The notes: a model not told the origin generated them from the sequence alone. DNA of 64,000 nt from Bdellovibrionales bacterium (GCA_038247245.1 JBBRVE010000006.1:9894-73893), one strand, 5' to 3'; shown: positions 49,581-60,017, numbered from the stretch's first letter. Program-made: numbers and translations.

Positions 49581-51074
49581 TTATCCCGCCGCGCGTGCCT
49601 TTTTGCGTTCGCGCGCGTAATTTTCCGCTTCTGTTACCACTGTCGGGTATTTCTTGTTCACGCAGGCCATGCAGAGCTTTGTCGTGCCGATGGCCTGGCG
49701 TAAATCTTCTTCGTCCAGATAAATGATTTTCTTCACGCCGATCATTTCGGCCATTTCCTCGATCGTTTTGTTGTGCGCGATCAGGTCTTTTGAATCGGGG
49801 AAATCGACGCCGTAGAAGCAGGGATAGCGGATCGGCGGGCAAGTGATGCCGAGTGTGATTTCCTTCGCACCATGTTTTTTCAGCAGCGAAATGATGCGGA
49901 TGGAGGTTGTGCCGCGCACGATGCTGTCGTCGATCAGGAAAATATTCTTGCCTGCGATCTCGCTGACGATGGGGCTGAGTTTCAGCTCCACCGCATGTTC
50001 GCGCTTGTCCTGATTGCTGAGGATAAAACTGCGGGCGACGTACCGGTTTTTGATAAGGCCTTCGCGGTAGGGCAGTTTCAGGGCGTCCGCCACGGAGATC
50101 GCGGCGGTGCGGCTGGTATCCGGCACGGGCATCACGACATCGGGGGCGATTTCTCCCGCCTCCATCGCCGCTGTTGCCTTATAACCCAGTTGCACGCCCA
50201 GTTTCAGGCGCGCGCCATAAACGGTCTGGTGGTCAATCGCGCTTTCGGCACCGGAGAAATAAACCCATTCGAACATGCAATGCGCTCGTTCGGGCTCTTT
50301 CTTGACAACCGCACTCTGGAAGTTGCTGTCGATGTCTATGAAGAACACTTCGCCAGGCTCGATATCGCGCAGGTAAGTGTAACCCAGATAGGTCATGGCG
50401 ATGGTTTCGGACGAGACGCACCAGTGTTTCTGACCATCGATGTCTTTTGATCCCAGCACCATCGGGCGGATGCCCTTGGGGTCGCGGAAGCCGACCATGC
50501 CCTGCCCTGCGATCAGGCCCAGGACGGCATAGCCGCCATTCACGGTTTCAAACATCTGCCCTGCGGCCTGTTTGATGTTTTCAAACGTAAATGTCTTTTC
50601 GGTCGGCAGCGCGTCACCGTTCATCAGGAAATGGCCGAAATAATGGATCAGCGCCTCGAGGTCGTTGCCGGTCAGCAGCTGGTGTCTAAACTTCTCGGAC
50701 AGCTCGGCCTTCAATTGATAGTAATTGAGCGCGTTGCCGTTATGGACCATGCCGAGGCCGAAGGGGATGCCCTCCACCATCGGCTGGATGTCGCGCTTGC
50801 CGTCGCTGCCCGCAGTTGCGTAGCGCGTATGGCCTATTGCCATGAAGCCGTTGAGGTTTTCGATTTTCTTTTGGTCAAACACCTGCGCCACGAGGCCGAG
50901 GTCTTTTTCCATAGCGAACATTTTGGTGAAGGTGTCATAAGTGAGGATGCCCGCGGCATCCTGCCCCCGGTGCTGGAGCGCGAGCAGGCCGCGATAGGCC
51001 TCATACGCCGCAGCAGAGGACACTCCTCGACTCCCAGTTTGCTGAGGGCCGATGATGCCGATAATTCCACACAT
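49581..51074 (-). CDS. purF: Amidophosphoribosyltransferase
   Basis: MCGIIGI Ntn nucleophile. PRTase motif IFLIDDSIVRGTT. C-terminal Cys residues (CFYGVDFP). Confidence 0.96.
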   Translation of the reverse strand: MCGIIGIIGPQQTGSRGVSSAAAYEAYRGLLALQHRGQDAAGILTYDTFTKMFAMEKDLGLVAQVFDQKKIENLNGFMAIGHTRYATAGSDGKRDIQPMVEGIPFGLGMVHNGNALNYYQLKAELSEKFRHQLLTGNDLEALIHYFGHFLMNGDALPTEKTFTFENIKQAAGQMFETVNGGYAVLGLIAGQGMVGFRDPKGIRPMVLGSKDIDGQKHWCVSSETIAMTYLGYTYLRDIEPGEVFFIDIDSNFQSAVVKKEPERAHCMFEWVYFSGAESAIDHQTVYGARLKLGVQLGYKATAAMEAGEIAPDVVMPVPDTSRTAAISVADALKLPYREGLIKNRYVARSFILSNQDKREHAVELKLSPIVSEIAGKNIFLIDDSIVRGTTSIRIISLLKKHGAKEITLGITCPPIRYPCFYGVDFPDSKDLIAHNKTIEEMAEMIGVKKIIYLDEEDLRQAIGTTKLCMACVNKKYPTVVTEAENYARERKKARAAG

Positions 51075-51270
51075 TTATTGATTCACCTGTTGTTCAGGGA
51101 GGAGGATTTGTGCCGCCACTATACGCATTTCCGCCAAAGAAATGCGAGTCATTTCTACAGCAAAAAACGCAGTATTTACGGCAAAAACCCGCGCTTTCAC
51201 CCTATGTTCGCGCAGGCTTGATTGATATGGTGGGGGAACGCTTTTTTCCAAGTCTTTTAAAGGAATTTTC

Positions 51271-51828
51271 ATGTCGCTCGCCAACGATCCCCGCGTCAGC
51301 TCGATCACCAACCGCGTCAAGAACCTGATCACCAAGCCAGAGGCGGAATGGGATGTCATTGCGGGCGAGAGCGCAACCATTCAGGGGCTGTATAAAAACT
51401 ACGCGATGATTTTGGCCGCCATTCCGGCGGTCATCGGTTTTCTTGCCATTGTCGTGCGGGTGCCATCTGCTGCCGGCCATGCGCTGCTGGCGATGATTGC
51501 CGGTTACATTCTGGCGTTGCTGGGCATTGCCGTACTGGCCTTTATCGTCGATTTCCTTGCACCCAAATTCAAAGGCACGGCGAGCCAGATCAGCGCGTTC
51601 AAGCTGGCGATTTATTCCGCAACGCCCGCATGGGTCGCAGGGCTGTTCCTGATTATCCCCATCGTTGGTGGCGTGCTGATGCTGGTGGGTGTGGTTTATT
51701 CGCTGTACCTGTTCTTTCTAGGCGTGCCCAAGCTGATGAAATGTCCCAAGGACCAGGCGGTCATCTTCACCATCGTCGCGCTTGTCGTGAACGTGATGGT
51801 GCAGGCCTGCCTGCACGCGCTGGTATAA
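51271..51828 (+). CDS. Yip1-domain membrane protein
   Basis: 185 aa. N-terminal soluble segment (ITKPEAEWDVI), then 4-5 TM helices, as in the Yip1/DUF1282 family. Confidence 0.7.
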   Translation: MSLANDPRVSSITNRVKNLITKPEAEWDVIAGESATIQGLYKNYAMILAAIPAVIGFLAIVVRVPSAAGHALLAMIAGYILALLGIAVLAFIVDFLAPKFKGTASQISAFKLAIYSATPAWVAGLFLIIPIVGGVLMLVGVVYSLYLFFLGVPKLMKCPKDQAVIFTIVALVVNVMVQACLHALV

Positions 51829-51847
51829 GCTTTTTTCTGATTTAAAT

Positions 51848-51878
51848 AAACCCTCCGTCCGACAAGGCCGGAGGGTTT
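51848..51878. terminator. Bidirectional intrinsic terminator between the Yip1 gene and nadE
   Basis: AAACCCTCCGTCC-gacaa-GGCCGGAGGGTTT (12 of 13 bp paired), flanked by TTTAAATAAA and ATTTTTTA. The nadE stop codon lies inside the 3' arm. Confidence 0.75.
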
Positions 51879-54534
51879 ATTTTTTACGGGATGCGGCGGC
51901 ATCGGCAAGACGCTGCGCCATGTCGCTGTCCTGCAGCAATGCGGCGAAACCGTAATCGCGGATATACGCATAGAGCGTCGTGATTTTCAGCTTCCGCCCG
52001 TCATTGGCAACGGGTGTCCACATTTTCGCTGTCATTGCTTCGGCAAAATCACGGTCGAGCCCTGCGCGTTGCATGAGCGATGGCAGACTATGCCCGGTGA
52101 GCATATCGAATGACTTGCCATCACGTGTGGCCATCGCCTCCAGCACATGCAGCACCAGCTGCGCCAGCTCAGGCTTGTGAAAGGCCGCGATATTGGGGGT
52201 ACGCAGCGATGACTGCTTGTCGATGTTCGAGCCGTATGTGGCGGCGACCGGGCTGCCATGGATCTTGAACTGCGCATGTGCCCATTTATCGTAGGATAGC
52301 CGGATGCGGTCATGCAGGGTTTCGGCATCGTCGTTTTTGAATTCGGGCAGCGTTCTGGTTTTTTCAAACACTTCGATGGGGCTGTTCTTGCGCTCCGCCT
52401 GATCGAGCGGGCGGTCGTTCAGCATATAATGCGAAATCAGGTTCATCTGCTGGAAACTGCGGCCCAGCTGGTCTTCGTCGAACTGCGTCACCTTGCCATC
52501 TTTGCTCTTTGGCTGCAATTCGGCGGAGGGACGGTTTTTGAGAACCCAATAGAAGGCGCGCACGGGCGCAACGCCACCCTGCAGCCCGTGTTCAAACAGC
52601 GCCTTCATATGATCAAGCTGACGCTGTTTATTCTTATGCGCGTTGCCGCTGATCATGCCACCATGCAGGTCGCCGCCCCAGGTGGCGTAGGAATTGCGGC
52701 CTTCGTCAAGGTTGGGGTTGGCAATCGCAATCTTGTTCTCGATATTCGCGAACAGCATGATTAATACCTGCCGCAGACGTGCCTGAATGTTTTCATAGGC
52801 CAGCGAATGGCTGTCGAGAGCGGTCGACAATACCTGCCCGCCGATTTCGGCGAAACGTGATTTCAACTCCGTGATAGCCTGCTCCAGTATTGCGGGCGAC
52901 GTGTCCTCTTTCCGCGTACGCAGGACACTGGCGATCTCGCGGCGGATTTGCGCTTCGCGCGCATCATCCAGCGCGCCCGGGTTCACGCCGCTGAAAATTT
53001 CGGCATAGACCTCGACCAGTCGCTGCACGTTGCGATATTCGAATTTGCCCCCGATGCCTTTGTACGTTTCACCCTCCAGCGATGTGCCGCCCTCGACCAG
53101 CGTTTTCGCGGCACGCAGCGTTTCGTCGGAGCTGTTATCGGTGCCCATATAAACGCAAGTGAGCATATGCGACATGATGTTATCAATCGCATCGCCCTTT
53201 GCCGCCAGCACGGCCTGCCGGAACGGCAGATACGGCATGGCGTTGAAGAAACCATCGACGCCCAGTTCATTCACCGCCAGCTCGACCATGAAACGGATCT
53301 TGGCCGCGTTATAGGCGGAATCAGCGCCACCTGATAAAGCCTGCGCCACGCCGGAGATTTTGTTTTTGCGCAGGTAATCGAACAGCCAGAGCAGTTCGTT
53401 ACGCAGCTCCTCCTCCATCTCCCGCAGCGGGCCGGTTTCCCATGCGGCGGGACCGTCCTCCGTGGCGGGTTTGTGCTGCGTGAGGAAATGGTGCGGAATA
53501 ACCGCGTGGGGGGCGTGGCCTTTATCGGTGGCGGCCGCAACCGTCACGATCTGGCTGGTATAAGCGACATCGGCGAAGCTGATGCGCTTGCCTTCCGAAA
53601 TGATCTTGCCGCCCTGCGCCATGATGCGGCTGCCGAATTGCGCGAAGGTGGAGCCGGACGAGCCGAGGCCGTCGGTATGCACCAGCACGCCGCAATAGCC
53701 GCTCGCCAGTTTGCAAAGCTCGCGGTGCTTGTCGATCTTGTTGGCGACGGGCGGCGAGGCGTTGGGGTTCAGGCAGACGGAGATATCGAATTTCCGCGAT
53801 TTCTGCGCCAGCGGATTGTCACGCGCGTAATCGGCGTTATCCGCCGCGCCGTCATAGCGCGAACCGACCCAGTACATTTCGCAGATGATGTGCCATAGGT
53901 TGATGGCTTCGCCGCCCGCGCCTGCCTGTATGACGGGGCTGCCGAAGGGGATCACGCGGTCCGCCACCATCGTGCCATCGGGATACGCCATGCCGGGCAG
54001 GTCGATCAGGATTGTGCCGTCCCTGCCCTTGCCGTGTTTGTTTTGATACGTATCGGCGGCGGCATCGCTCCATTCTTCGAAATGGCGTTTTTCGTAGCCG
54101 CGTTCGTAATTGAACAGGTAAGTCTTCGCCGAAATCGCCACAACCTCGCCGCCTGCCAAAAATGCTTGCGCATCGAATTGCTGGTTCACGCGGTTGAACA
54201 GAGGGTTTTTGCGGCGGTCATCCTGCGCCGCCAGCCCCTTGTCCGCGAAATACCACGGGTGGCCGACGGAGATAATCAGGTTCGCATCGCGGCTGGCTGC
54301 GTAATCCGCAATCACCTGCAGCAACTCGCGCGTGCGCGCATTATCGGAATAGTAAAAATCATCGCCGCGTTCATAGCCGGACAGCCCCAGTTCCTCCAGC
54401 GCCAGAATATCGGCGCGGTCGGCGACAGCGCGGTCGATGGCCGTCATAATATTGGCAAGGTTGCGTGGCCAGTCGCCGCCCGTCTGGTTGGTGCTGGCCG
54501 AAGCGATTTTAAGGGTGATGTTTTTCGCGGTCAT
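51877..54534 (-). CDS. nadE: Glutamine-dependent NAD+ synthase, unusually long (885 aa)
   Basis: N-terminal CN-hydrolase domain (ALEELGLSGY, ICEMYW). PP-loop LSGGADS. Insertions and a C-terminal extension of about 180 aa compared with the forms of about 550-680 aa that I recall. Confidence 0.85.
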   Translation of the reverse strand: MTAKNITLKIASASTNQTGGDWPRNLANIMTAIDRAVADRADILALEELGLSGYERGDDFYYSDNARTRELLQVIADYAASRDANLIISVGHPWYFADKGLAAQDDRRKNPLFNRVNQQFDAQAFLAGGEVVAISAKTYLFNYERGYEKRHFEEWSDAAADTYQNKHGKGRDGTILIDLPGMAYPDGTMVADRVIPFGSPVIQAGAGGEAINLWHIICEMYWVGSRYDGAADNADYARDNPLAQKSRKFDISVCLNPNASPPVANKIDKHRELCKLASGYCGVLVHTDGLGSSGSTFAQFGSRIMAQGGKIISEGKRISFADVAYTSQIVTVAAATDKGHAPHAVIPHHFLTQHKPATEDGPAAWETGPLREMEEELRNELLWLFDYLRKNKISGVAQALSGGADSAYNAAKIRFMVELAVNELGVDGFFNAMPYLPFRQAVLAAKGDAIDNIMSHMLTCVYMGTDNSSDETLRAAKTLVEGGTSLEGETYKGIGGKFEYRNVQRLVEVYAEIFSGVNPGALDDAREAQIRREIASVLRTRKEDTSPAILEQAITELKSRFAEIGGQVLSTALDSHSLAYENIQARLRQVLIMLFANIENKIAIANPNLDEGRNSYATWGGDLHGGMISGNAHKNKQRQLDHMKALFEHGLQGGVAPVRAFYWVLKNRPSAELQPKSKDGKVTQFDEDQLGRSFQQMNLISHYMLNDRPLDQAERKNSPIEVFEKTRTLPEFKNDDAETLHDRIRLSYDKWAHAQFKIHGSPVAATYGSNIDKQSSLRTPNIAAFHKPELAQLVLHVLEAMATRDGKSFDMLTGHSLPSLMQRAGLDRDFAEAMTAKMWTPVANDGRKLKITTLYAYIRDYGFAALLQDSDMAQRLADAAASRKK

Positions 54535-54716
54535 ACCCTTTTATATATCATTGCCGCTGGCAAAAACCCACGCTTCTGGCAGCAATTATATTGAGCATAA
54601 TCAATATATTAACCTGTGGGTAAGGTAATACTATAACATTTTTATGACAAAATCAGATTGCTTATGATACATTGCTCGCCATAACTGATTCATCCCTCTA
54701 TCCGGGCATAAATACG

Positions 54717-55826
54717 ATGAATGGACAAAAGCCTATCCTGCTGATCGGCAACAGCGTTTCGAAAGAAACCGCTGATGCGCTGCGCAGCGACGGCCGCTTT
54801 GACATTTTTACGGCCAGCATGGGCAAATTCGACAGCGACGAGCCTTTCGTCGAGCTGATGCGCGGGCAGGAACCGGATTTCGAAAAAAACCTCGCGAAGC
54901 TGCAGGGCGCCAAAGTATACGTCGTGCAATCGACCGGCGGGCCTGTGAGCGATAACGCGCAGCACCTGATGTTGATGGCGAACACGCTGAAGGAATACGG
55001 CGCCGCTGAAGTGACGGCCATTGTTCCCTTCGCGGCATTCATGCGTCAGGACCGCAAATTCAAGAACCGCTTCACATCGCTTGCCGCCGGCCTGTTCGCA
55101 AAACAGCTGAAGGCAGCGGGCATCGATAAAATCATCACGCTGACCCCGCATTCCAAGGCGGCGATGCAGCTGTACACCAATGTCTTCGGCGATAATTTCC
55201 ACGCCGTTCCCACGACGGCAATGATCGGGAGCGATATCAAAAACCGTTTTGACGTGGCACCCGATGAACTGGCGATTGGCGCCCCCGATGGCGCGGACAA
55301 ACCCGGTGACGAAGGCCAGCTGCGCGCGCGCGAACTGGTCAAGGAAGTCTTCGGCCATTTCAGCGACGACCTGATGTTCCGCGCATCGAAAATGCATACC
55401 GGCGTCAACGACACCAAAATTACCAGCTTTGACGGCGACGTGGCCGGCAAGGAGGTCGTGATCGTCGACGACATGATCGACGGCGGATCGACAATGGTGA
55501 ACGCGGCTGCGCTGCTGAAGGCGCATGGCGCACGCACCGTGACGGCCTATGCGACGCATGCTATTTTGTCGGGCAACGCGCTTGACCGTTTGCTGACCTC
55601 GAAACCCGACGGCATGACCTGCGCGATTGATAAACTGGTCATCACCGACACCATCCCCGGCGTGCGTGAAAAACTGGACGCGTTGCTGGCAAAACAACCG
55701 AACCTTGCGGGCCGCGTGGAAATCCTGTCGGTCGCGCCGCTGATCCTTGAAAAAGTCGCCGAGCTGGAGGCAAAACGCGCCCCCCAGCAGCCCCGCCCGC
55801 GCAGCGGCAACACCTTCACACCCTGA
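54717..55826 (+). CDS. Ribose-phosphate pyrophosphokinase-family protein, atypical
   Basis: PRPP-binding loop VVIVDDMIDGGSTM and the FMRQDRK flexible-loop equivalent. The N-terminus and C-terminal tail (..PQQPRPRSGNTFTP) differ from canonical Prs. Confidence 0.75.
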   Translation: MNGQKPILLIGNSVSKETADALRSDGRFDIFTASMGKFDSDEPFVELMRGQEPDFEKNLAKLQGAKVYVVQSTGGPVSDNAQHLMLMANTLKEYGAAEVTAIVPFAAFMRQDRKFKNRFTSLAAGLFAKQLKAAGIDKIITLTPHSKAAMQLYTNVFGDNFHAVPTTAMIGSDIKNRFDVAPDELAIGAPDGADKPGDEGQLRARELVKEVFGHFSDDLMFRASKMHTGVNDTKITSFDGDVAGKEVVIVDDMIDGGSTMVNAAALLKAHGARTVTAYATHAILSGNALDRLLTSKPDGMTCAIDKLVITDTIPGVREKLDALLAKQPNLAGRVEILSVAPLILEKVAELEAKRAPQQPRPRSGNTFTP

Positions 55827-55832
55827 ATTACG

Positions 55833-56534
55833 ATGTGGCGTAAAATCAGCCTTATTGCCCTGATAATCGTGTTGGCCATTGGCATTATTATCAGCGGTGC
55901 CCTCGCTATCATGCGCGTGACGCCGCCCGATACTAAAGCCATTGGCTTAAAGGACGGGGATATTATCCTGCAAACCATACTTGGCACGCAAGGTGTGGCA
56001 ATTATAGCCGCATCGTCCAGCCCCTATACGCACATGGGATTCATCAAAACCGGGGGCGGCGAGCCTGTGGTTGTGGAGGCAAGCGCCCGAGTGCAAGAGA
56101 AGCCACTCAGTCAATGGATTTCCCGGGGAATGGGGCAACGCATTACCATTTTGCGCCTCAAGGGGATCACCCCGGAAGTCGCCAAAAACGTCGCAACGGC
56201 GGCTAGAAAACACTACGGCAAGCCATATGACGTATATTTCCTGCCCGATAAAAAATCATTCTATTGCAGCGAACTGGTGCGCGAGGCTTATCTGGGCGCA
56301 GGCGTGACGCTTGGCAAGCTGCAAAAGGTGGGCGAGCTGACAAGCTCCTCCGCCATGGACACGATCATCGAGCAGCGCTGGCAATATTATCCGCCCTGCG
56401 CCGCCAAGCCCGGCATCACACTGGAAAAATGCCGCAAGATCATTATGGACCAGCCACTGGTGACACCTGCTTCGATCGCGCGTGATCCGCAACTGGAAAC
56501 CGTCTTCACGAATTATCCGCTGGATACCCGCTGA
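55833..56534 (+). CDS. YiiX-family permuted papain-like (NlpC/P60 superfamily) hydrolase with N-terminal TM anchor
   Basis: TM anchor ISLIALIIVLAIGIIISGALAI. His segment YTHMGFI precedes the Cys segment SFYCSELV (permuted order). Confidence 0.7.
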   Translation: MWRKISLIALIIVLAIGIIISGALAIMRVTPPDTKAIGLKDGDIILQTILGTQGVAIIAASSSPYTHMGFIKTGGGEPVVVEASARVQEKPLSQWISRGMGQRITILRLKGITPEVAKNVATAARKHYGKPYDVYFLPDKKSFYCSELVREAYLGAGVTLGKLQKVGELTSSSAMDTIIEQRWQYYPPCAAKPGITLEKCRKIIMDQPLVTPASIARDPQLETVFTNYPLDTR

Positions 56535-56558
56535 TTCCGGGTGTAAAACTTGCCTCTC

Positions 56559-57824
56559 ATGACCACCATACAAAAACAGCCCTCCAAATACTCCTTCGGC
56601 GTCCTGAAAATCAGGAATTTCCGGGCGCTTTTGTTCACGCGCATGTTTATCATGATGGCGTTGCAGGCGCAGTCGGTCATCGTGGGCTGGCAGATTTATT
56701 CGATCACCAAAGACCCGTTCATGCTGGGCTTGACCGGTTTGGCGGAGGCGATCCCCGCCATTACCTGCGCGCTGTTCGCGGGGCATATCGTGGATGTGGG
56801 CAAGCCGCATCTCATTTACAGGTCGGCGATTTTCGCGCTGGCCGCCAATACGCTCGTGCTGTTCACCTTTGCAGGCGGGCATGTGGCGATGGATCAAAGC
56901 CATCTGATATACCTGATTTATGGGTCAATCTTTTTCTCCGGCCTTGCGCGCGCCTTTGTCGTGCCGTCATCCTTCACCATGCTGTCGCTGGTGGTCAAGC
57001 GCGAGGAGATGCCGTCGGCCGCCGCATGGATGGGCACAGGGTTTCAGGCGGCCTCCATCCTCTCCCCCGCCCTTGCCGGATTGATCTATGGAGGTTATGG
57101 CGCAACGGTTGCCTGGGTCATGCCCGCCATGCTGATGATGATGGCGTTTATCATGGTGCACGGCATCAAGGTCACGGCGCATCCGCGCGGTGAAATCCGC
57201 GAAAGCGCGGTCAAGAGCATCAAGGCCGGGTGGAAATTCATCTGGGAGAAAAAGATCCTGCTGAACATGATGGCGCTCGATATGTTCGCCGTGCTGTTCG
57301 GCGGCGCGGTCGCCATGCTGCCCGCGATTGCCGAAGATGTGCTGCATGTCGGCTCGCAAGGCCTTGGCATGCTGCGCGCTGCACCTGCGGTGGGCGCGGT
57401 TTTCACGACGCTCTACCTTGCCATCCTGCCGATGCAGCATGTATCGACGGCGCGCCTGCTGTTTGTGGTGGGGGCGTTCGGGGTTTGCATGATCGGCTTC
57501 GGGCTCAGCACGTCGTTCTGGCTGTCGATGCTGTTCCTTGTGGCGTCCGGTGTGTTCGACAGCGTCAGCATGACCATCCGCGCCACGCTGATGCAGCTGC
57601 TGACACCCGACCATATGCGCGGGCGCGTATCGTCGATCAGTTCGATGTTCATTATATCGTCCAACGAAATCGGCGCGTTCGAATCAGGTACGACGGCGCG
57701 GCTGCTCGGGCTTGTCCCCTCGATCGTGTTCGGTGGCGTCTGCACACTTGGCATTGTTGCATTTATTACCGTGATGTCGCAGCAGATGCGTAAAACCGTG
57801 GTCGATGTAAAAAACGCGCAATAA
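56559..57824 (+). CDS. MFS transporter (EntS/MFS_3-like)
   Basis: 12 hydrophobic helices. N-terminal FRALLFTRMF typical of this MFS subfamily. Confidence 0.85.
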   Translation: MTTIQKQPSKYSFGVLKIRNFRALLFTRMFIMMALQAQSVIVGWQIYSITKDPFMLGLTGLAEAIPAITCALFAGHIVDVGKPHLIYRSAIFALAANTLVLFTFAGGHVAMDQSHLIYLIYGSIFFSGLARAFVVPSSFTMLSLVVKREEMPSAAAWMGTGFQAASILSPALAGLIYGGYGATVAWVMPAMLMMMAFIMVHGIKVTAHPRGEIRESAVKSIKAGWKFIWEKKILLNMMALDMFAVLFGGAVAMLPAIAEDVLHVGSQGLGMLRAAPAVGAVFTTLYLAILPMQHVSTARLLFVVGAFGVCMIGFGLSTSFWLSMLFLVASGVFDSVSMTIRATLMQLLTPDHMRGRVSSISSMFIISSNEIGAFESGTTARLLGLVPSIVFGGVCTLGIVAFITVMSQQMRKTVVDVKNAQ

Positions 57825-57935
57825 TGTTTCTTATGCTGCACTGCAAAATGACATAAGATTCCACATCCTGCATTGCCATGCTAGACTGTTTCCATTAAAC
57901 AGACTGACGCTTTACCGCAATTGATCAGGACGCTT

Positions 57936-60017
57936 ATGGACCGCGATACGCTTTCCATCGAGACCGGAACACCTGATACCCTCGGCGCCACTTTCGACGG
58001 CCGCGGCGTTAATTTTGCGCTCTATTCCAAACATGCGGCACGGGTCGAACTGTGCCTGTTCAGCGATGACGGCAAGACGGAATTGCAGCGCATCACCCTG
58101 CCCGAAAAAGCCGGCGATGTCTGGCACGGTTATGTGCCGGGGCTGAAAGCGGGGCAGGTTTACGGCTACCGCGTTGACGGCCCGTATGAGCCGCATAACG
58201 GCCACCGCTTCAATCCCGAAAAGCTGGTGCTGGACACCTATGCCAAGGAAATCATCGGCACGGTGCAAACCAATGCCGAGGAGCTGACCAACCCCGCCAA
58301 GGACAGCGCCGCGTTTGTGGCGAAGGCGCGCGTGACCGCGCCGCTGACAACACCCGTCGCCCCTGCCCCGAAAACGGCGTGGGAAAACACCGTGCTGTAT
58401 GAACTGCACCCAAAGGGTTTCACGGCGGCGAACGACAAGATCCCGGCGCACCTGCGCGGCACCTATGCCGGCCTTGCGAGCAAAGAGTCGATTGATTACA
58501 TCAAGGAACTGGGCGTCACGGCGGTCGAACTGCTGCCCGTCCATGCGAAGGTCAATGACGCCTTTTTGCTGAAGGCCGGCCTCAAAAATTACTGGGGTTA
58601 CAATACCCTGTCTTTCTTTGCGCCCGAGCCGGAATATGCGGCGGACAAGAATAACGCGCGGCAGGAATTCCGCGACATGGTCGATGCCTTCCACATATCG
58701 GGCATCGAGGTCATCCTTGACGTCGTTTACAACCATGCGGGCGAAAGCCACGAGTCAGGCCCGACGTTGTCCTTGCGTGGTGTCGATAATGCCAGCTATT
58801 ACCGCCTCGACGCGCATGACAAAAGCAAATACGTGAACGATACCGGCACGGGCAATACGCTCGATTTCGAAAACCCCGCCGTGCGCCGCATGGTGCTGGA
58901 CAGCCTGCGCCATTGGGTTGCGGAATACGGCATCGATGGTTTCCGTTTTGACCTGGCTCCCGTTTTGGGCCGTGACCGCAACGGATATGACGCGCACGCC
59001 GCGTTCTTCAAGGAGCTGGAAGCCGACCCCGTGTTGTCGAAAGTAAAGCTGATCGCGGAGCCGTGGGATCCCGGTCCCGGCGGCTACCAGCTCGGCAACT
59101 TCCCGAAAAAATGGCATGAATGGAACGATCGTTTCCGCGACGATATCCGCAAATTCTGGCGCGGCACGACCGATGCGCTGCGCTGGCTGGCGACGCGCGT
59201 GGCGGGTTCATCACCCGAATTCGACAATAACGGCCGCGGCCCGCAGGCGAGCATCAATTTTGTCGCCATCCATGACGGCTTCACGCTGCATGACGTGGTG
59301 AGCCACAGCTATAAAAAGAATTTGGCAAATGGCGAAAACAACCAGGACGGCGCGAACGAGAATTACAGCGCAAATCACGGTATCGAGGGCGACACGCACG
59401 ACCCGAAAATCATCGCGATCCGCGAACAGCAAAAACGCAACATGCTGGCGACGCTGTTCCTGTCGCAAGGTACGCCCATGCTGCTGGCCGGCGACGAACA
59501 CGGCAACACCCAGCGCGGCAACAACAACGCCTATGCGCAGGATAACGCTATCGGCTGGCTGGACTGGAAAGACATCACCGCAGAAGGCAAAAAACTGGCC
59601 GCATTCGTGAAAAAACTGACCCAGTTCCGCCGCGACCATCAGGTATTGCGCGGCACGGCCTTCCTGCACGGACAAAAAACCGATGCGTATGATGTGGCCG
59701 ATATCAGCTGGGTCAACCCCAACGGCAGCCCGCAAAACGACAGCGACTGGGCAAAGAAGGAAGACAAAAGCATCGGCGTCATTTTCAATGAAAAGGCCGC
59801 GCTGGGCAAAAAAGACGGCGAACGCCTGCTGACCATCTTCAACAGCCATTCCGGCGACGTCAAATTCACGCTACCTGAAATCAAGGGCGGCAAGGGCTGG
59901 ACGCGCGTGCTGGACACCTCCGACCCCGAAATGCCCGCACAGACGGGCGTTCATGCCGACAAATCCGTTTACACCGTGCCTGCGCGGTCGGTGATTGTTT
60001 TCAAACAGGGGGCTTAA
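57936..60017 (+). CDS. glgX: Glycogen debranching enzyme
   Basis: GATFDGRGVNFALYS, YWGYNT, GH13 catalytic regions DVVYNH, GFRFDLA, AEPWD, FVAIHDGF. Confidence 0.93.
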   Translation: MDRDTLSIETGTPDTLGATFDGRGVNFALYSKHAARVELCLFSDDGKTELQRITLPEKAGDVWHGYVPGLKAGQVYGYRVDGPYEPHNGHRFNPEKLVLDTYAKEIIGTVQTNAEELTNPAKDSAAFVAKARVTAPLTTPVAPAPKTAWENTVLYELHPKGFTAANDKIPAHLRGTYAGLASKESIDYIKELGVTAVELLPVHAKVNDAFLLKAGLKNYWGYNTLSFFAPEPEYAADKNNARQEFRDMVDAFHISGIEVILDVVYNHAGESHESGPTLSLRGVDNASYYRLDAHDKSKYVNDTGTGNTLDFENPAVRRMVLDSLRHWVAEYGIDGFRFDLAPVLGRDRNGYDAHAAFFKELEADPVLSKVKLIAEPWDPGPGGYQLGNFPKKWHEWNDRFRDDIRKFWRGTTDALRWLATRVAGSSPEFDNNGRGPQASINFVAIHDGFTLHDVVSHSYKKNLANGENNQDGANENYSANHGIEGDTHDPKIIAIREQQKRNMLATLFLSQGTPMLLAGDEHGNTQRGNNNAYAQDNAIGWLDWKDITAEGKKLAAFVKKLTQFRRDHQVLRGTAFLHGQKTDAYDVADISWVNPNGSPQNDSDWAKKEDKSIGVIFNEKAALGKKDGERLLTIFNSHSGDVKFTLPEIKGGKGWTRVLDTSDPEMPAQTGVHADKSVYTVPARSVIVFKQGA

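Noticed and set aside
51075-51270. Looked for a ZTP (pfl) or purine riboswitch, or an attenuator, in the purF leader.
   Set aside because: Neither the ZTP hallmark (GGGUCGUGAC / CCGCCUGGGCA-type) nor the purine-riboswitch three-way-junction motifs are visible on the minus strand. Only a CCUCCUCCC run of unclear meaning is present.
54535-54716. TGGCA-containing strings in the nadE/prs intergenic region, and at about 18135-18165, considered as sigma54 promoters.
   Set aside because: The spacing between the GG and GC elements does not fit TGGCAC-N5-TTGC in any of the candidates.
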